Positions 7,974-15,403 are shown, counted from the stretch's first letter. The stretch is DNA of 18,748 nt from Clostridia bacterium (GCA_024404275.1 JAKSQG010000019.1:1-18748); one strand, 5' to 3'. Numbers and translations: made by a program. The notes: generated by a model not told the origin, from the letters alone.

Positions 7974-9035
7974 TCAAAGACGGATCTCATGACCTTCCGC
8001 GGCGGAACGGTACATGGCTTCCAGAATGCGTACCATATTGATGCCCTGCTGCGGTACAAACATAGGTTCAGCGCCATGCAGCACCACATCGGTAAAATGC
8101 TTCAGGTTGGCGGCATGCTGCGGCATGCTCTTTTTGTTATCAATATTCGGCAGGATATCCGCCGTGCGGCCGTATTCCTCGGTATAGATGGCCAGCCGGT
8201 CACTGTCAGAGGACCATTCCGCGCCGGAGCGGGTGCCGCGCAGCTCAAAGAAACGGCGTTCCTTTTCAATGTTGGAAGCCCAGGAGAATTCGATTTGCAG
8301 CGAGGCACCGTTTTCAAAGCGGATGAAGCCCATGGCCAGATCTTCCACATCAAAGACACCGTTCAGGTCAACATCGCGTCCATGCGCCTCCACCATGCGG
8401 TTATCGGCAAACTTGGTATAGGTGCAGCCGGACACCGCCACGGGTCTGGGATTGCCCATCAGCCACATGGTCAGGTCGATCATATGCACACCCAGATCGA
8501 TCAGCGGACCGCCGCCGCTCTGCTCCTTGTTGGTGAACCAGCCGCCGCGCCCGGGAATGCCCCTGCGCCGCTGCCAGCCGCAGCGCGCCGCGTAGATTTC
8601 ACCCATACGACCATCATCAATATACTGCTTGATAAAAGCGGAAGTAGGCAGATAGCGGTTGTTGCGCATGACCATCAGCGTTTTGCCGCTCTTTTCAGCC
8701 GCCTCACGCATTCGCTCCGCCTCGGCGGCGGATACGGCATCCGGCTTTTCGCAGAACACATGCAAGCCGTGCTCCAAAGCATACACGGCAATGACCGAAT
8801 GCAGGTAGTTGGGGGTGCAGATATCCACCGCATCCAGCTGTTCCTTTTCGATCATTTCCTGATAATCAGTATAGATGGGCACATTGCCGTACAGCTCCGA
8901 CTGGACCCGGGCTCTTTCGGTGTTGACATCGCACAAAGCGACCACTTCGGCTTCTTCGATCAGCTGCCAGCCGGGCAAATGCGCCTTGCGGGCAATGTTG
9001 CCCGTTCCGATCACACCGATCCGCAATTTTTCCAC
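7974..9035 (-). CDS. Gfo/Idh/MocA-family NAD(P)-dependent oxidoreductase (ThuB-like partner of the ThuA-like gene)
   Basis: N-terminal Rossmann motif IGVIGTGNIA, followed by the EKP motif (FCEKPDA) and GGGPLIDLGVHMIDL. GTG start at 9035 with AGGGGA 9 nt upstream. The gap to the ThuA-like gene is 26 nt. Stop is TGA. Confidence 0.88.
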   Translation of the reverse strand: MEKLRIGVIGTGNIARKAHLPGWQLIEEAEVVALCDVNTERARVQSELYGNVPIYTDYQEMIEKEQLDAVDICTPNYLHSVIAVYALEHGLHVFCEKPDAVSAAEAERMREAAEKSGKTLMVMRNNRYLPTSAFIKQYIDDGRMGEIYAARCGWQRRRGIPGRGGWFTNKEQSGGGPLIDLGVHMIDLTMWLMGNPRPVAVSGCTYTKFADNRMVEAHGRDVDLNGVFDVEDLAMGFIRFENGASLQIEFSWASNIEKERRFFELRGTRSGAEWSSDSDRLAIYTEEYGRTADILPNIDNKKSMPQHAANLKHFTDVVLHGAEPMFVPQQGINMVRILEAMYRSAAEGHEIRL

Positions 9036-9076
9036 AGTTTATTTTCCCCTTTCTGATGGGTTGTCTTCCAATCAAC

Positions 9077-9105
9077 ATTATAAGCCGCGGGGCGGCAAAT
9101 TTCAA
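9077..9105 (-). promoter_or_regulatory. SigA-type promoter of the oxidoreductase/ThuA-like/GH20 operon
   Basis: On the minus strand: TTGAAA (9105..9100), 17 nt of spacer, TATAAT (9082..9077). Confidence 0.75.
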
Positions 9106-9126
9106 TACAGTACGGCCGCATGTGCT

Positions 9127-9163
9127 ATACAAAAGCCACCCCTTCTTATACAGAAGGGGCGGC
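9127..9163 (-). terminator. Rho-independent terminator of the C_GCAxxG_C_C/FMN-bind gene
   Basis: 12-bp stem with one mismatch (9135..9146 pairs with 9152..9163) and a 5-nt loop. On the minus strand it is followed by TTTTGTAT. It starts 18 nt downstream of the TAA at 9182..9184. Confidence 0.8.
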
Positions 9164-9181
9164 CAAAGATGCGTGAATGGA

Positions 9182-10108
9182 TTACTTGATCTTGCTCAGG
9201 GCGTCCTTGACAGCAGCCATGATGGCTTCGGAGGACTCGGTGGCATGCGCCACGGCGTCAACATCCGCGGACTGCGCATCGATGATGGCCTGAGGAATGG
9301 TGTTGAAGGCGGGATCGCGGAGACCGGGGGTCTCGTTGCTTTCCAGAATGTCGATCTTGGCGATCTTGTCGCCGTCCATGGTGACCTTGACCTTCATTTC
9401 GCCGCGGCTGGTGGAGCTGGTGCCGATGTACTCATTGGCGGCAGCTTCGACGGGAGCGGCTTCGACAACGGGAGCAGCCTCTTCGTAGCCGTACAGCACG
9501 TTGAGCAGCTCGATGACCTTGACCACGCACTCGCCGGTCAGGGCAGCGCAGCGGGCCTTGCGGGCGTCATCGCCCATCTTGAGGTTATTGGCTTCCATGA
9601 ACTTGCTGACGGAAGCGGAGCAGGTGATGTCGCCGGCCACGGTGGTCACAGCGGAATACACGGGCTGATAGGTGGGGAAGGGCTCGTTGCGATACCAGTC
9701 AAACAGCTGATCACGAAGCTTGGAGGCATCGGCGGGCTTGCAGAACAGACCGATCATCATGCAGGAGCCGGCAAGGGCGCCGCAGAAGGTCTGGCAGCCG
9801 AAGCCGCCGCCGCCCAGCGTCAGCATCTGGCAGGGGATCATGTTGTAGGGATAGCCGTATTCTTCGGCCAGCAGCTCGATGATACCGGCGATGGAACCGG
9901 CGCCGCAGCCGCCCACTTCAAACCAGCGCTTATAGGTATATTCCAGCGCCTTCTGCTTGTCGATGGGATGCCACACCCAAGGATGCTCGGGAACATCGGG
10001 AGTTTCGGCCATGGCGGGAACAACGCCCATCATCGCGGCGCCGGCAGCACCGGCAGCGCCCATACCCAGGGCCTTCAAAAATTGTCTGCGATCCATTTCT
10101 TTATTCAT
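9182..10108 (-). CDS. Tat-signal C_GCAxxG_C_C-family redox protein fused to a C-terminal FMN-binding (FMN_bind) domain
   Basis: Twin-arginine signal MDRRQFLKALGMGAAGAAGAAMMGVVPAMA. C_GCAxxG_C_C-type motifs GGCGAGSIAG and FCGALAGSCMMIG. An AAPVVEAAPVEAAA linker. FMN_bind-like tail (MKVKVTMDGDKIAKIDILESNETPG...DVDAVAHATESSEAIMAAVKDAL). ATG at 10108 with GGAGG 9 nt upstream; the track start at 10117 is a TTG inside the spacer. Stop is TAA. Confidence 0.82.
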   Translation of the reverse strand: MNKEMDRRQFLKALGMGAAGAAGAAMMGVVPAMAETPDVPEHPWVWHPIDKQKALEYTYKRWFEVGGCGAGSIAGIIELLAEEYGYPYNMIPCQMLTLGGGGFGCQTFCGALAGSCMMIGLFCKPADASKLRDQLFDWYRNEPFPTYQPVYSAVTTVAGDITCSASVSKFMEANNLKMGDDARKARCAALTGECVVKVIELLNVLYGYEEAAPVVEAAPVEAAANEYIGTSSTSRGEMKVKVTMDGDKIAKIDILESNETPGLRDPAFNTIPQAIIDAQSADVDAVAHATESSEAIMAAVKDALSKIK

Positions 10109-10159
10109 GGGTTTCAACCTCCGTTTTTATGTGTTATCTGGTAACACATTTTCCATATA

Positions 10160-10188
10160 ATTTTATCATGCTCCTTCGGACCCGTCAA
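10160..10188 (-). promoter_or_regulatory. SigA-type promoter for the C_GCAxxG_C_C/FMN-bind gene
   Basis: On the minus strand: TTGACG (10188..10183), 17 nt of spacer, TAAAAT (10165..10160). Confidence 0.65.
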
Positions 10189-10255
10189 CCCTTTTATCCG
10201 CCTTTTTGCGGATAAATCATTTTTTACCTCACTTTGCTCTGCATGATGCATATCA

Positions 10256-10284
10256 TTGAAAAACACAGGGGAAAATGCTATAAT
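10256..10284 (+). promoter_or_regulatory. SigA-type promoter for the small DUF6273-like gene (and probably rpiB and the permease)
   Basis: TTGAAA (10256..10261), 17 nt of spacer, TGcTATAAT (TATAAT = 10279..10284). Confidence 0.75.
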
Positions 10285-10315
10285 GGCAAAGCAACTTGGA
10301 ACGGAGGAACAAGAA

Positions 10316-11104
10316 ATGAAAAATTTCCTCGCAATGCTTCTGGCGCTGATGCTTCTGCTCTCCCCGGCTGCCCTGGCTGAGAACTGGGTATGTCCGCGGG
10401 ACAGCAGTGAAAACAGCGGCAACTTTTGTCCCCAGTGCGGCATCAGCCGCGAAGAGGCCTTGAAAGAAAGCGGCGCCTATGTTCAGCCCGGCGACAGCAT
10501 CACCTTCGGCCGCTATACACAGACCGCCGAAGGCCGTGACATTACGCCGCTGGAGTGGCAGGTGCTGGCAGTAGACAACGGCAAAGCGCTGCTCATCACG
10601 CGCGATATCATCGACTGCCTGCCCTATAACGGTGCCTATGAAGCCGCTGACTGGGAGCACAGCCTGCTGCGCTATCTGCTGAACGGCAGTTTCCTTGATG
10701 TGGCTTTCACATAGTCGGAAAGAGAAGCCATTGTCATGACCGAGGTGGACAACAGCGCCGCCCAAGGCTATCCCGGATACACACAGGAAGCCGGCAGCAA
10801 TACGATGGACAAGGTCTTCCTGCTGAGCTATCAGGAAGCCTGGACGTATTTTGCCGACAACGCCGCCCGCAAGTGCGTGCCCACCGGTTTTGCCATCACC
10901 CGCGGCGCCAATTTCTATAATGGCACCAACGAGGATTATCTTCTGGACCGCAGCGGCTGCGGCTGGTGGTGGCTGCGTTCCCCCGGCATCGATACCCGCT
11001 ATGCCATGTATGTCCGCTATGACGGCAACCGCAGTTCCAATCGTGTGGACGGTACCATCATCGGTCTGCGTCCCGCCCTGTGGATCGACCTGAACAGTCT
11101 GTAA
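10316..11104 (+). pseudogene. Secreted DUF6273-like protein gene interrupted by a single in-frame TAG (10712..10714); pseudogene or recoded
   Basis: The track ORFs 10256..10714 and 10736..11104 share a frame. The junction reads GSFLDVAFT-TAG-SEREAIVMTEVDNS and aligns residue-for-residue with NEFINAAFT-N-AEQNAILMTDCDNS of the 1..2417 protein. ATG at 10316 has GGAGG 8 nt upstream. Signal peptide is MKNFLAMLLALMLLLSPAALA/EN. Downstream motifs are KVFLLS, CGWWWLRS and RPALWI. Final stop is TAA. Confidence 0.8.
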
Positions 11105-11136
11105 TATTTCATTATATATAAAGGAGATTTATAACG

Positions 11137-11586
11137 ATGATTGCAATTGCCAATGACCATTCCGCGCTTTCCATGAAAAAAGAGATCATTTCCGTGCTGG
11201 AAGAGATGGGGCTGGAGTACAAGGACTTTGGCACCTATACCGACGCCAGCTGCCCCTACCCCGTTTTCGGCGCCCGTGCCGCCCATGCCGTCGCCAGCGG
11301 AGAATGCGACCGCGGCATCCTCATCTGCGGCACCGGCATCGGCATCGGTCTTGCCGCCAACAAGGTGAAGGGCATCCGCTGCGCCCTGTGCAACGATCCC
11401 CTCTCCGCCCGTCTGTGCCGTGAGCACAACAACGCCAACATGATCTCCCTGGGTGCCCGCATCATCGGACCCGAGCTGGCCAAAGAGATCGTGCGCGTCT
11501 TCCTGACCACCGAAGCCCTCGGCGGCCGCCATGCGGAGCGTGTAGCCATGCTGACCGCTTTGGAGAACGGTGAGGAGATCGAATAA
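11137..11586 (+). CDS. rpiB: Ribose-5-phosphate isomerase B (RpiB/LacA/LacB family)
   Basis: 149 aa. Family hallmarks IAIANDHSAL, GILICGTGIGIGLAANKVKGIRCA, REHNNANMISLGARI and GGRHAERV. AAGGAG lies 10 nt upstream. Stop is TAA. Confidence 0.93.
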   Translation: MIAIANDHSALSMKKEIISVLEEMGLEYKDFGTYTDASCPYPVFGARAAHAVASGECDRGILICGTGIGIGLAANKVKGIRCALCNDPLSARLCREHNNANMISLGARIIGPELAKEIVRVFLTTEALGGRHAERVAMLTALENGEEIE

Positions 11587-11596
11587 CAGCACTGCC

Positions 11597-12703
11597 ATGT
11601 TGAAGGCTTTTGTCAAAAAGAACGCCGTACTCTGCATTGCCTTTGTGCTGGCGGTGTTATCCTCGCTGATCATTCCCCCGGATGCCGGATGGGCCGGGTA
11701 TTATGATGTCAAAACGCTTTGCTGCCTGTTCGGCACGCTGGCGGTGGTGTGCGCGCTGAAGAATATCCGCTTCTTTTACATTCTGGCGCAGCGCATCGTG
11801 GTGTTTGCGGGCAACGCCCGCACGGCGGCGCTGCTGCTCATCGCCATCACCTTTATCGGCTCCATGCTGATCGCCAACGACATGGCGCTGATCACCTTTT
11901 TGCCGCTGGGCTATTATGTATTCAGCGTCATGGGCAATAAAAAAGAGATGGCCACCGTGTTCATTCTTCAGAACATCGCGGCCAATCTCGGCGGCATGCT
12001 GACGCCCTTTGGCAATCCGCAGAACCTGTACCTGTATTCGCATTACAGCATCGCCAATGACCGTTTCATGGAGATCATGTTTCCGCCGTTCATCGTATCC
12101 ATCTCGCTGGTAGCGCTGTGCTGTCTGCTCATCCGTCCAAGGAGGCTGCGTCTGGCAGTGACACAGAACCCGCCGCTGCCCAAACTGCGCACGGCGTATT
12201 ATCTGTTTCTCTTTGCCCTGACCATTCTGATGGTCTTCCGCGTGCTGCCGCCGCTGTGGGTCATCGCCGCGGTGGTCATCTCCCTGCTGGTGCTGGACCC
12301 CAAGGCGCTGCGCCGTGTGGATTACGGTCTGCTGCTCACCTTCGTGTGCTTTTTCACCTTTGCGGGCAACATGGGCAGGGTGGAAGCAGTGCGCTCCTTC
12401 TTTTCCTCCCTGTTGGAAAAGAGCACGCTGCTGACCGCCGTGCTCTCCTGTCAGGTGATCTCCAATGTGCCCAGCGCCATCCTGCTGTCGCAGTTCAGCG
12501 AGACCTGGCCTGCCCTGCTGGTGGGCGTCAACATCGGCGGCACGGGCACGCTCATTGCCTCACTCGCCTCGCTCATCACCTTCCGCGAATATACAGCGCA
12601 CTGCCCCGGCGAATCCAAAGCCTACATTCTGCGCTTTTCAGCCTTCAATTTCGGCTTTCTCGCCATCCTGACGCTGTTCTCGCTGCTGGTCCTGCATTAT
12701 TGA
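11597..12703 (+). CDS. ArsB/NhaD/CitMHS-superfamily anion permease (YbiR-like), polytopic membrane protein
   Basis: Hydrophobic throughout, with multiple predicted TM segments. The TPFGNPQNLYLY motif is typical of this permease superfamily. The start is uncertain: ATG 11597 (MLKAFVKKN) versus the in-frame GTG at 11570, which overlaps the end of rpiB. Neither has an ideally spaced SD. Stop is TGA. Confidence 0.75.
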   Translation: MLKAFVKKNAVLCIAFVLAVLSSLIIPPDAGWAGYYDVKTLCCLFGTLAVVCALKNIRFFYILAQRIVVFAGNARTAALLLIAITFIGSMLIANDMALITFLPLGYYVFSVMGNKKEMATVFILQNIAANLGGMLTPFGNPQNLYLYSHYSIANDRFMEIMFPPFIVSISLVALCCLLIRPRRLRLAVTQNPPLPKLRTAYYLFLFALTILMVFRVLPPLWVIAAVVISLLVLDPKALRRVDYGLLLTFVCFFTFAGNMGRVEAVRSFFSSLLEKSTLLTAVLSCQVISNVPSAILLSQFSETWPALLVGVNIGGTGTLIASLASLITFREYTAHCPGESKAYILRFSAFNFGFLAILTLFSLLVLHY

Positions 12704-13717
12704 TAAACATACATTGCGTGCCGCCCGCATGGCTGTCGGCATCGGCAATGCTTCAAGCCCCTCCGCCGTTACAAAAACGCGGTCGGGCTTTTTGATTGTC
12801 TCCTCCGCCTCAAAGCAGCAGAGCTTCATCTGCCACACGCGGTGGGTGAACACATGCCGTGCCTCTCCCGCCTCTCCGGTATACCGCACCCGAAGGCCCA
12901 TTTTTTCGATCGTTTTCTGCACCGCCTCCGGCGTGTTATCGCCCTCGCACAAGGCGAAGACCCATAAGTTTTGCAGCAATTTTTCTTTTCTTTTGCACAA
13001 AAGAACGGTATCCCCGCAGAAGACCAGCCCCACGCCCACGGGCACGGATACAGGCGGCTTGAGTTTGCTGTGCACAGGCAGCGCTTCCGGACTTTGGTCC
13101 TTGGCCCGGCAGTGCGGTGCCAACGGGCAGAGGGCACATTCAGGTGTGCCGGGCAGACAGATGGTAGCGCCGATGTCCATCAGCGCCTGATTCCAGTCGC
13201 CGGGACGGTCACGGTCGATGAGGTCGTCTGCCATCTCCTGCAGACGCCGCATGGCGTCCGGGCGGTCCATGTCCTCGCGGATGTTTTCGGCACGGCACAG
13301 CACCCGCCGCAGGTTGCCATCCACCGCTGCCTTGGGATAGCCGTAGGCAATGGAGCACACCGCCGCCGCCGTATAATCGCCGATGCCGGGCAGTGCCCGC
13401 ACCGCCTCATAGCCTTTGGGAAAAACACCATTGTACTCATCCCGTACCAGCTTTGCCGCCTTGTGCAGGTTGCGGGCACGGGTATAATACCCCAGCCCCT
13501 CCCAGTACTTGAGCACCTCCTGCTCGGGAGCATCCGCCAGCGCTTTTACGGTTGGAAAACGCTCCATAAAGCGAATAAAGTAGCCCTCCGCTGTTTCGGT
13601 ACGCGTCTGCTGCAGCATGATTTCAGATACCCACACGGCATAGGGATCTTTGATGCCGCGAAAGGCAAAGCTGCGCCTGTGCGTATCGTACCAGCCGAGC
13701 AGTCCGCTGTAAGCCAT
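12638..13717 (-). CDS. mutY: A/G-specific adenine DNA glycosylase MutY
   Basis: WVSEIMLQQT, HhH-GPD element LPGIGDYTAAAV...VDGN, Fe-S loop C-x6-C-x2-C-x5-C (CLPGTPECALCPLAPHC) and a C-terminal NUDIX-like domain. ATG at 13717 has GGAGG 6 nt upstream. The track start at 13762 lies upstream of that SD. Stop is TGA. Confidence 0.92.
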   Translation of the reverse strand: MAYSGLLGWYDTHRRSFAFRGIKDPYAVWVSEIMLQQTRTETAEGYFIRFMERFPTVKALADAPEQEVLKYWEGLGYYTRARNLHKAAKLVRDEYNGVFPKGYEAVRALPGIGDYTAAAVCSIAYGYPKAAVDGNLRRVLCRAENIREDMDRPDAMRRLQEMADDLIDRDRPGDWNQALMDIGATICLPGTPECALCPLAPHCRAKDQSPEALPVHSKLKPPVSVPVGVGLVFCGDTVLLCKRKEKLLQNLWVFALCEGDNTPEAVQKTIEKMGLRVRYTGEAGEARHVFTHRVWQMKLCCFEAEETIKKPDRVFVTAEGLEALPMPTAMRAARNVCLSIMQDQQREQRQDGEKAEIEG

Positions 13718-13731
13718 GATGTTCCTCCGTT

Positions 13732-13768
13732 CAAAACGGGGGAACGCCCTTTTGACGGGCATTCCCCC
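13732..13768 (-). terminator. Probable terminator or attenuating hairpin between pgi and mutY
   Basis: On the minus strand: 12-bp stem gggggaaugccc/gggcguuccccc (one G-U pair), 7-nt loop, then GUUUUG. It lies 21 nt after the pgi stop and directly before the mutY SD. The short U-tract means read-through into mutY is plausible. Confidence 0.55.
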
Positions 13769-13789
13769 ATGCAGATATTATAGTTAGTA

Positions 13790-15373
13790 TCAGATGCCCA
13801 GCAGATCGCTGAATACCTTCAGCGCGCCGTCGGTCTCATGCGCCAGCACACGCTTGGCCAGCACCTTGCCCAGCTGCACGCCTTCCTGATCGAAGCTGTT
13901 CACATTCCACACAAAGCCCTGGAACATGACCTTGTTTTCAAAGTGCGCCAGCAGCGCGCCCACCGTTTCGGGGGTGACGGCGTCGGCGATGATGATGGAG
14001 GAGGGACGGCCGCCCGCGAAGCTCTTGTTGGGGTTGGCATCCTCTTTGCCGCAGGCAAAAGCCATGATCTGCGCAGCCACATTGGCGCACAGCTTCTGCT
14101 GGCTGGTGCTGCCCTGAATGTCAACATCCATGCCGCACTGATTCTGGCGGTAGCCCACAAACTGCAGCGGCACGATATCGGTGCCCTGATGCAGCAGCTG
14201 ATAGAAGGAGTGCTGACCGTTGGTGCCGGGCTCACCGAAGATGATGGGGCCGGTCACATAATCAACGGGAGCGCCGTCACGGTTGACGGATTTGCCGTTG
14301 CTTTCCATATCCAGCTGCTGCAGATGCGCCGGGAAGCGGCTGAGCGCCTGGCTGTAGGGCAGCACGGCGGTGGAGGGCCAGCCCTGCACATTGCGCTCGT
14401 ACACGCCGATGAGGGCATCCAGCATGTCGGCATTCTTGAGGGGATCTTTTTCCATGGCCAGACGGTCTTCCTCGGCGGCGCCGTTCAGGAAACGGGCAAA
14501 CACATCGGGACCAAAGGCCAGGGACAGGATCACGCCGCCCACGCAGCTGGAGGAGGAATAACGGCCGCCGATATAGTCATCCATGAAGAAGGCGCCCAGA
14601 TAGTCGCTGCTCTTGGCCAGCGGAGAGGTCTCGCTGGTGACGGCGACCATGTGCTTGGCGGGGTCAAGTCCCTGCTTTTTGAGGGCATCCTTGACGAAGG
14701 ATTCGTTGGTCAGCGTTTCCAGCGTGGTGCCGGACTTGCTGACCAGCACAAACAGCGCACGGCTGACATCGATGCTGTTCAGCACCGCAGCGGCATCATC
14801 GGGGTCGACGTTGCTGATGAACTTGGCTTCCATCTTGAAGGTGTTGTTCTTCTTGGCCCAGTTTTCCAGCGCCAGATAGATGGCACGGGGACCCAGGTCG
14901 CTGCCGCCGATACCGATCTGCACGGCGGTGGTAAAGGTCTCGCCCTTTTCGTTGACGATCTGGCCGTTATGGACCTTTTCGGCAAAGTCAGCGGCTTTCT
15001 TCTGCTCGCCGACATAGAATTCACGCTTGTTGACGCCATCGGCAATGACTTCGCCCGCCAGCTGACCGCGGGTCAGCTGATGCAGCACCAGACGCTTTTC
15101 ACCGGTGTTGATGACAGCGCCGGACAGCAGAGCCTGATACTTCTCGCTCAGCTGCATTTCCTCCGCCAGCTTCTTGAGGGCGGCAAGCACCTCGTCATCC
15201 ACCGCCTTGGCGGCATAGTTATAGGTCATGCCGGCAGCCATGGGCAGGCTGTATTCCTTGGCGCGGCGGGCGCCGTTTTCACCGGCCATGGCTTCCTTCA
15301 GGCAAACTTTGTCTTTCAGCTGTTTCAGCTCGCCGTAAGCGGCGGCTTTGTCCAGGTTCTTCCATTCAATCAT
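13790..15373 (-). CDS. pgi: Glucose-6-phosphate isomerase
   Basis: Both PGI signatures are present (DDYIGGRYSSSS and NSFDQEGVQLGK), plus IGIGGSDLGPR and SKSGTTLET. ATG at 15373 (MIEWKNL) has GGAGG 8 nt upstream. The track start at 15388 is a TTG within the SD. Stop is TGA. Confidence 0.95.
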   Translation of the reverse strand: MIEWKNLDKAAAYGELKQLKDKVCLKEAMAGENGARRAKEYSLPMAAGMTYNYAAKAVDDEVLAALKKLAEEMQLSEKYQALLSGAVINTGEKRLVLHQLTRGQLAGEVIADGVNKREFYVGEQKKAADFAEKVHNGQIVNEKGETFTTAVQIGIGGSDLGPRAIYLALENWAKKNNTFKMEAKFISNVDPDDAAAVLNSIDVSRALFVLVSKSGTTLETLTNESFVKDALKKQGLDPAKHMVAVTSETSPLAKSSDYLGAFFMDDYIGGRYSSSSCVGGVILSLAFGPDVFARFLNGAAEEDRLAMEKDPLKNADMLDALIGVYERNVQGWPSTAVLPYSQALSRFPAHLQQLDMESNGKSVNRDGAPVDYVTGPIIFGEPGTNGQHSFYQLLHQGTDIVPLQFVGYRQNQCGMDVDIQGSTSQQKLCANVAAQIMAFACGKEDANPNKSFAGGRPSSIIIADAVTPETVGALLAHFENKVMFQGFVWNVNSFDQEGVQLGKVLAKRVLAHETDGALKVFSDLLGI

Positions 15374-15403
15374 GTTCAGTACCTCCAATCGGTCTTTGAA
15401 TTG

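Noticed and set aside
7258-10144. Long + strand ORFs 7258..7992, 7989..9056 and 9056..10144
   Set aside because: Each is the antisense shadow of a confidently identified minus-strand gene (ThuA-like, Gfo/Idh/MocA, C_GCAxxG_C_C/FMN_bind). Their translations are Gly/Ala/His/Asp-rich with no recognisable domains or SD sites.
10194-10215. The 8-6-8 hairpin TTATCCGC/GCGGATAA considered as a rho-independent terminator
   Set aside because: No gene reads into it from either side, because it lies between two divergent promoters. It is reported instead as a candidate operator or structural element.
6387-10714. Pyrrolysine as the explanation for the two in-frame TAG codons
   Set aside because: The window contains no pylT/pylS/pylBCD genes, no methylamine methyltransferase context and no obvious PYLIS-like structure. 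A glycosidase and a secreted DUF protein are not known Pyl proteins. This cannot be excluded without the full genome, so it is kept only as one option to test under the TAG finding.
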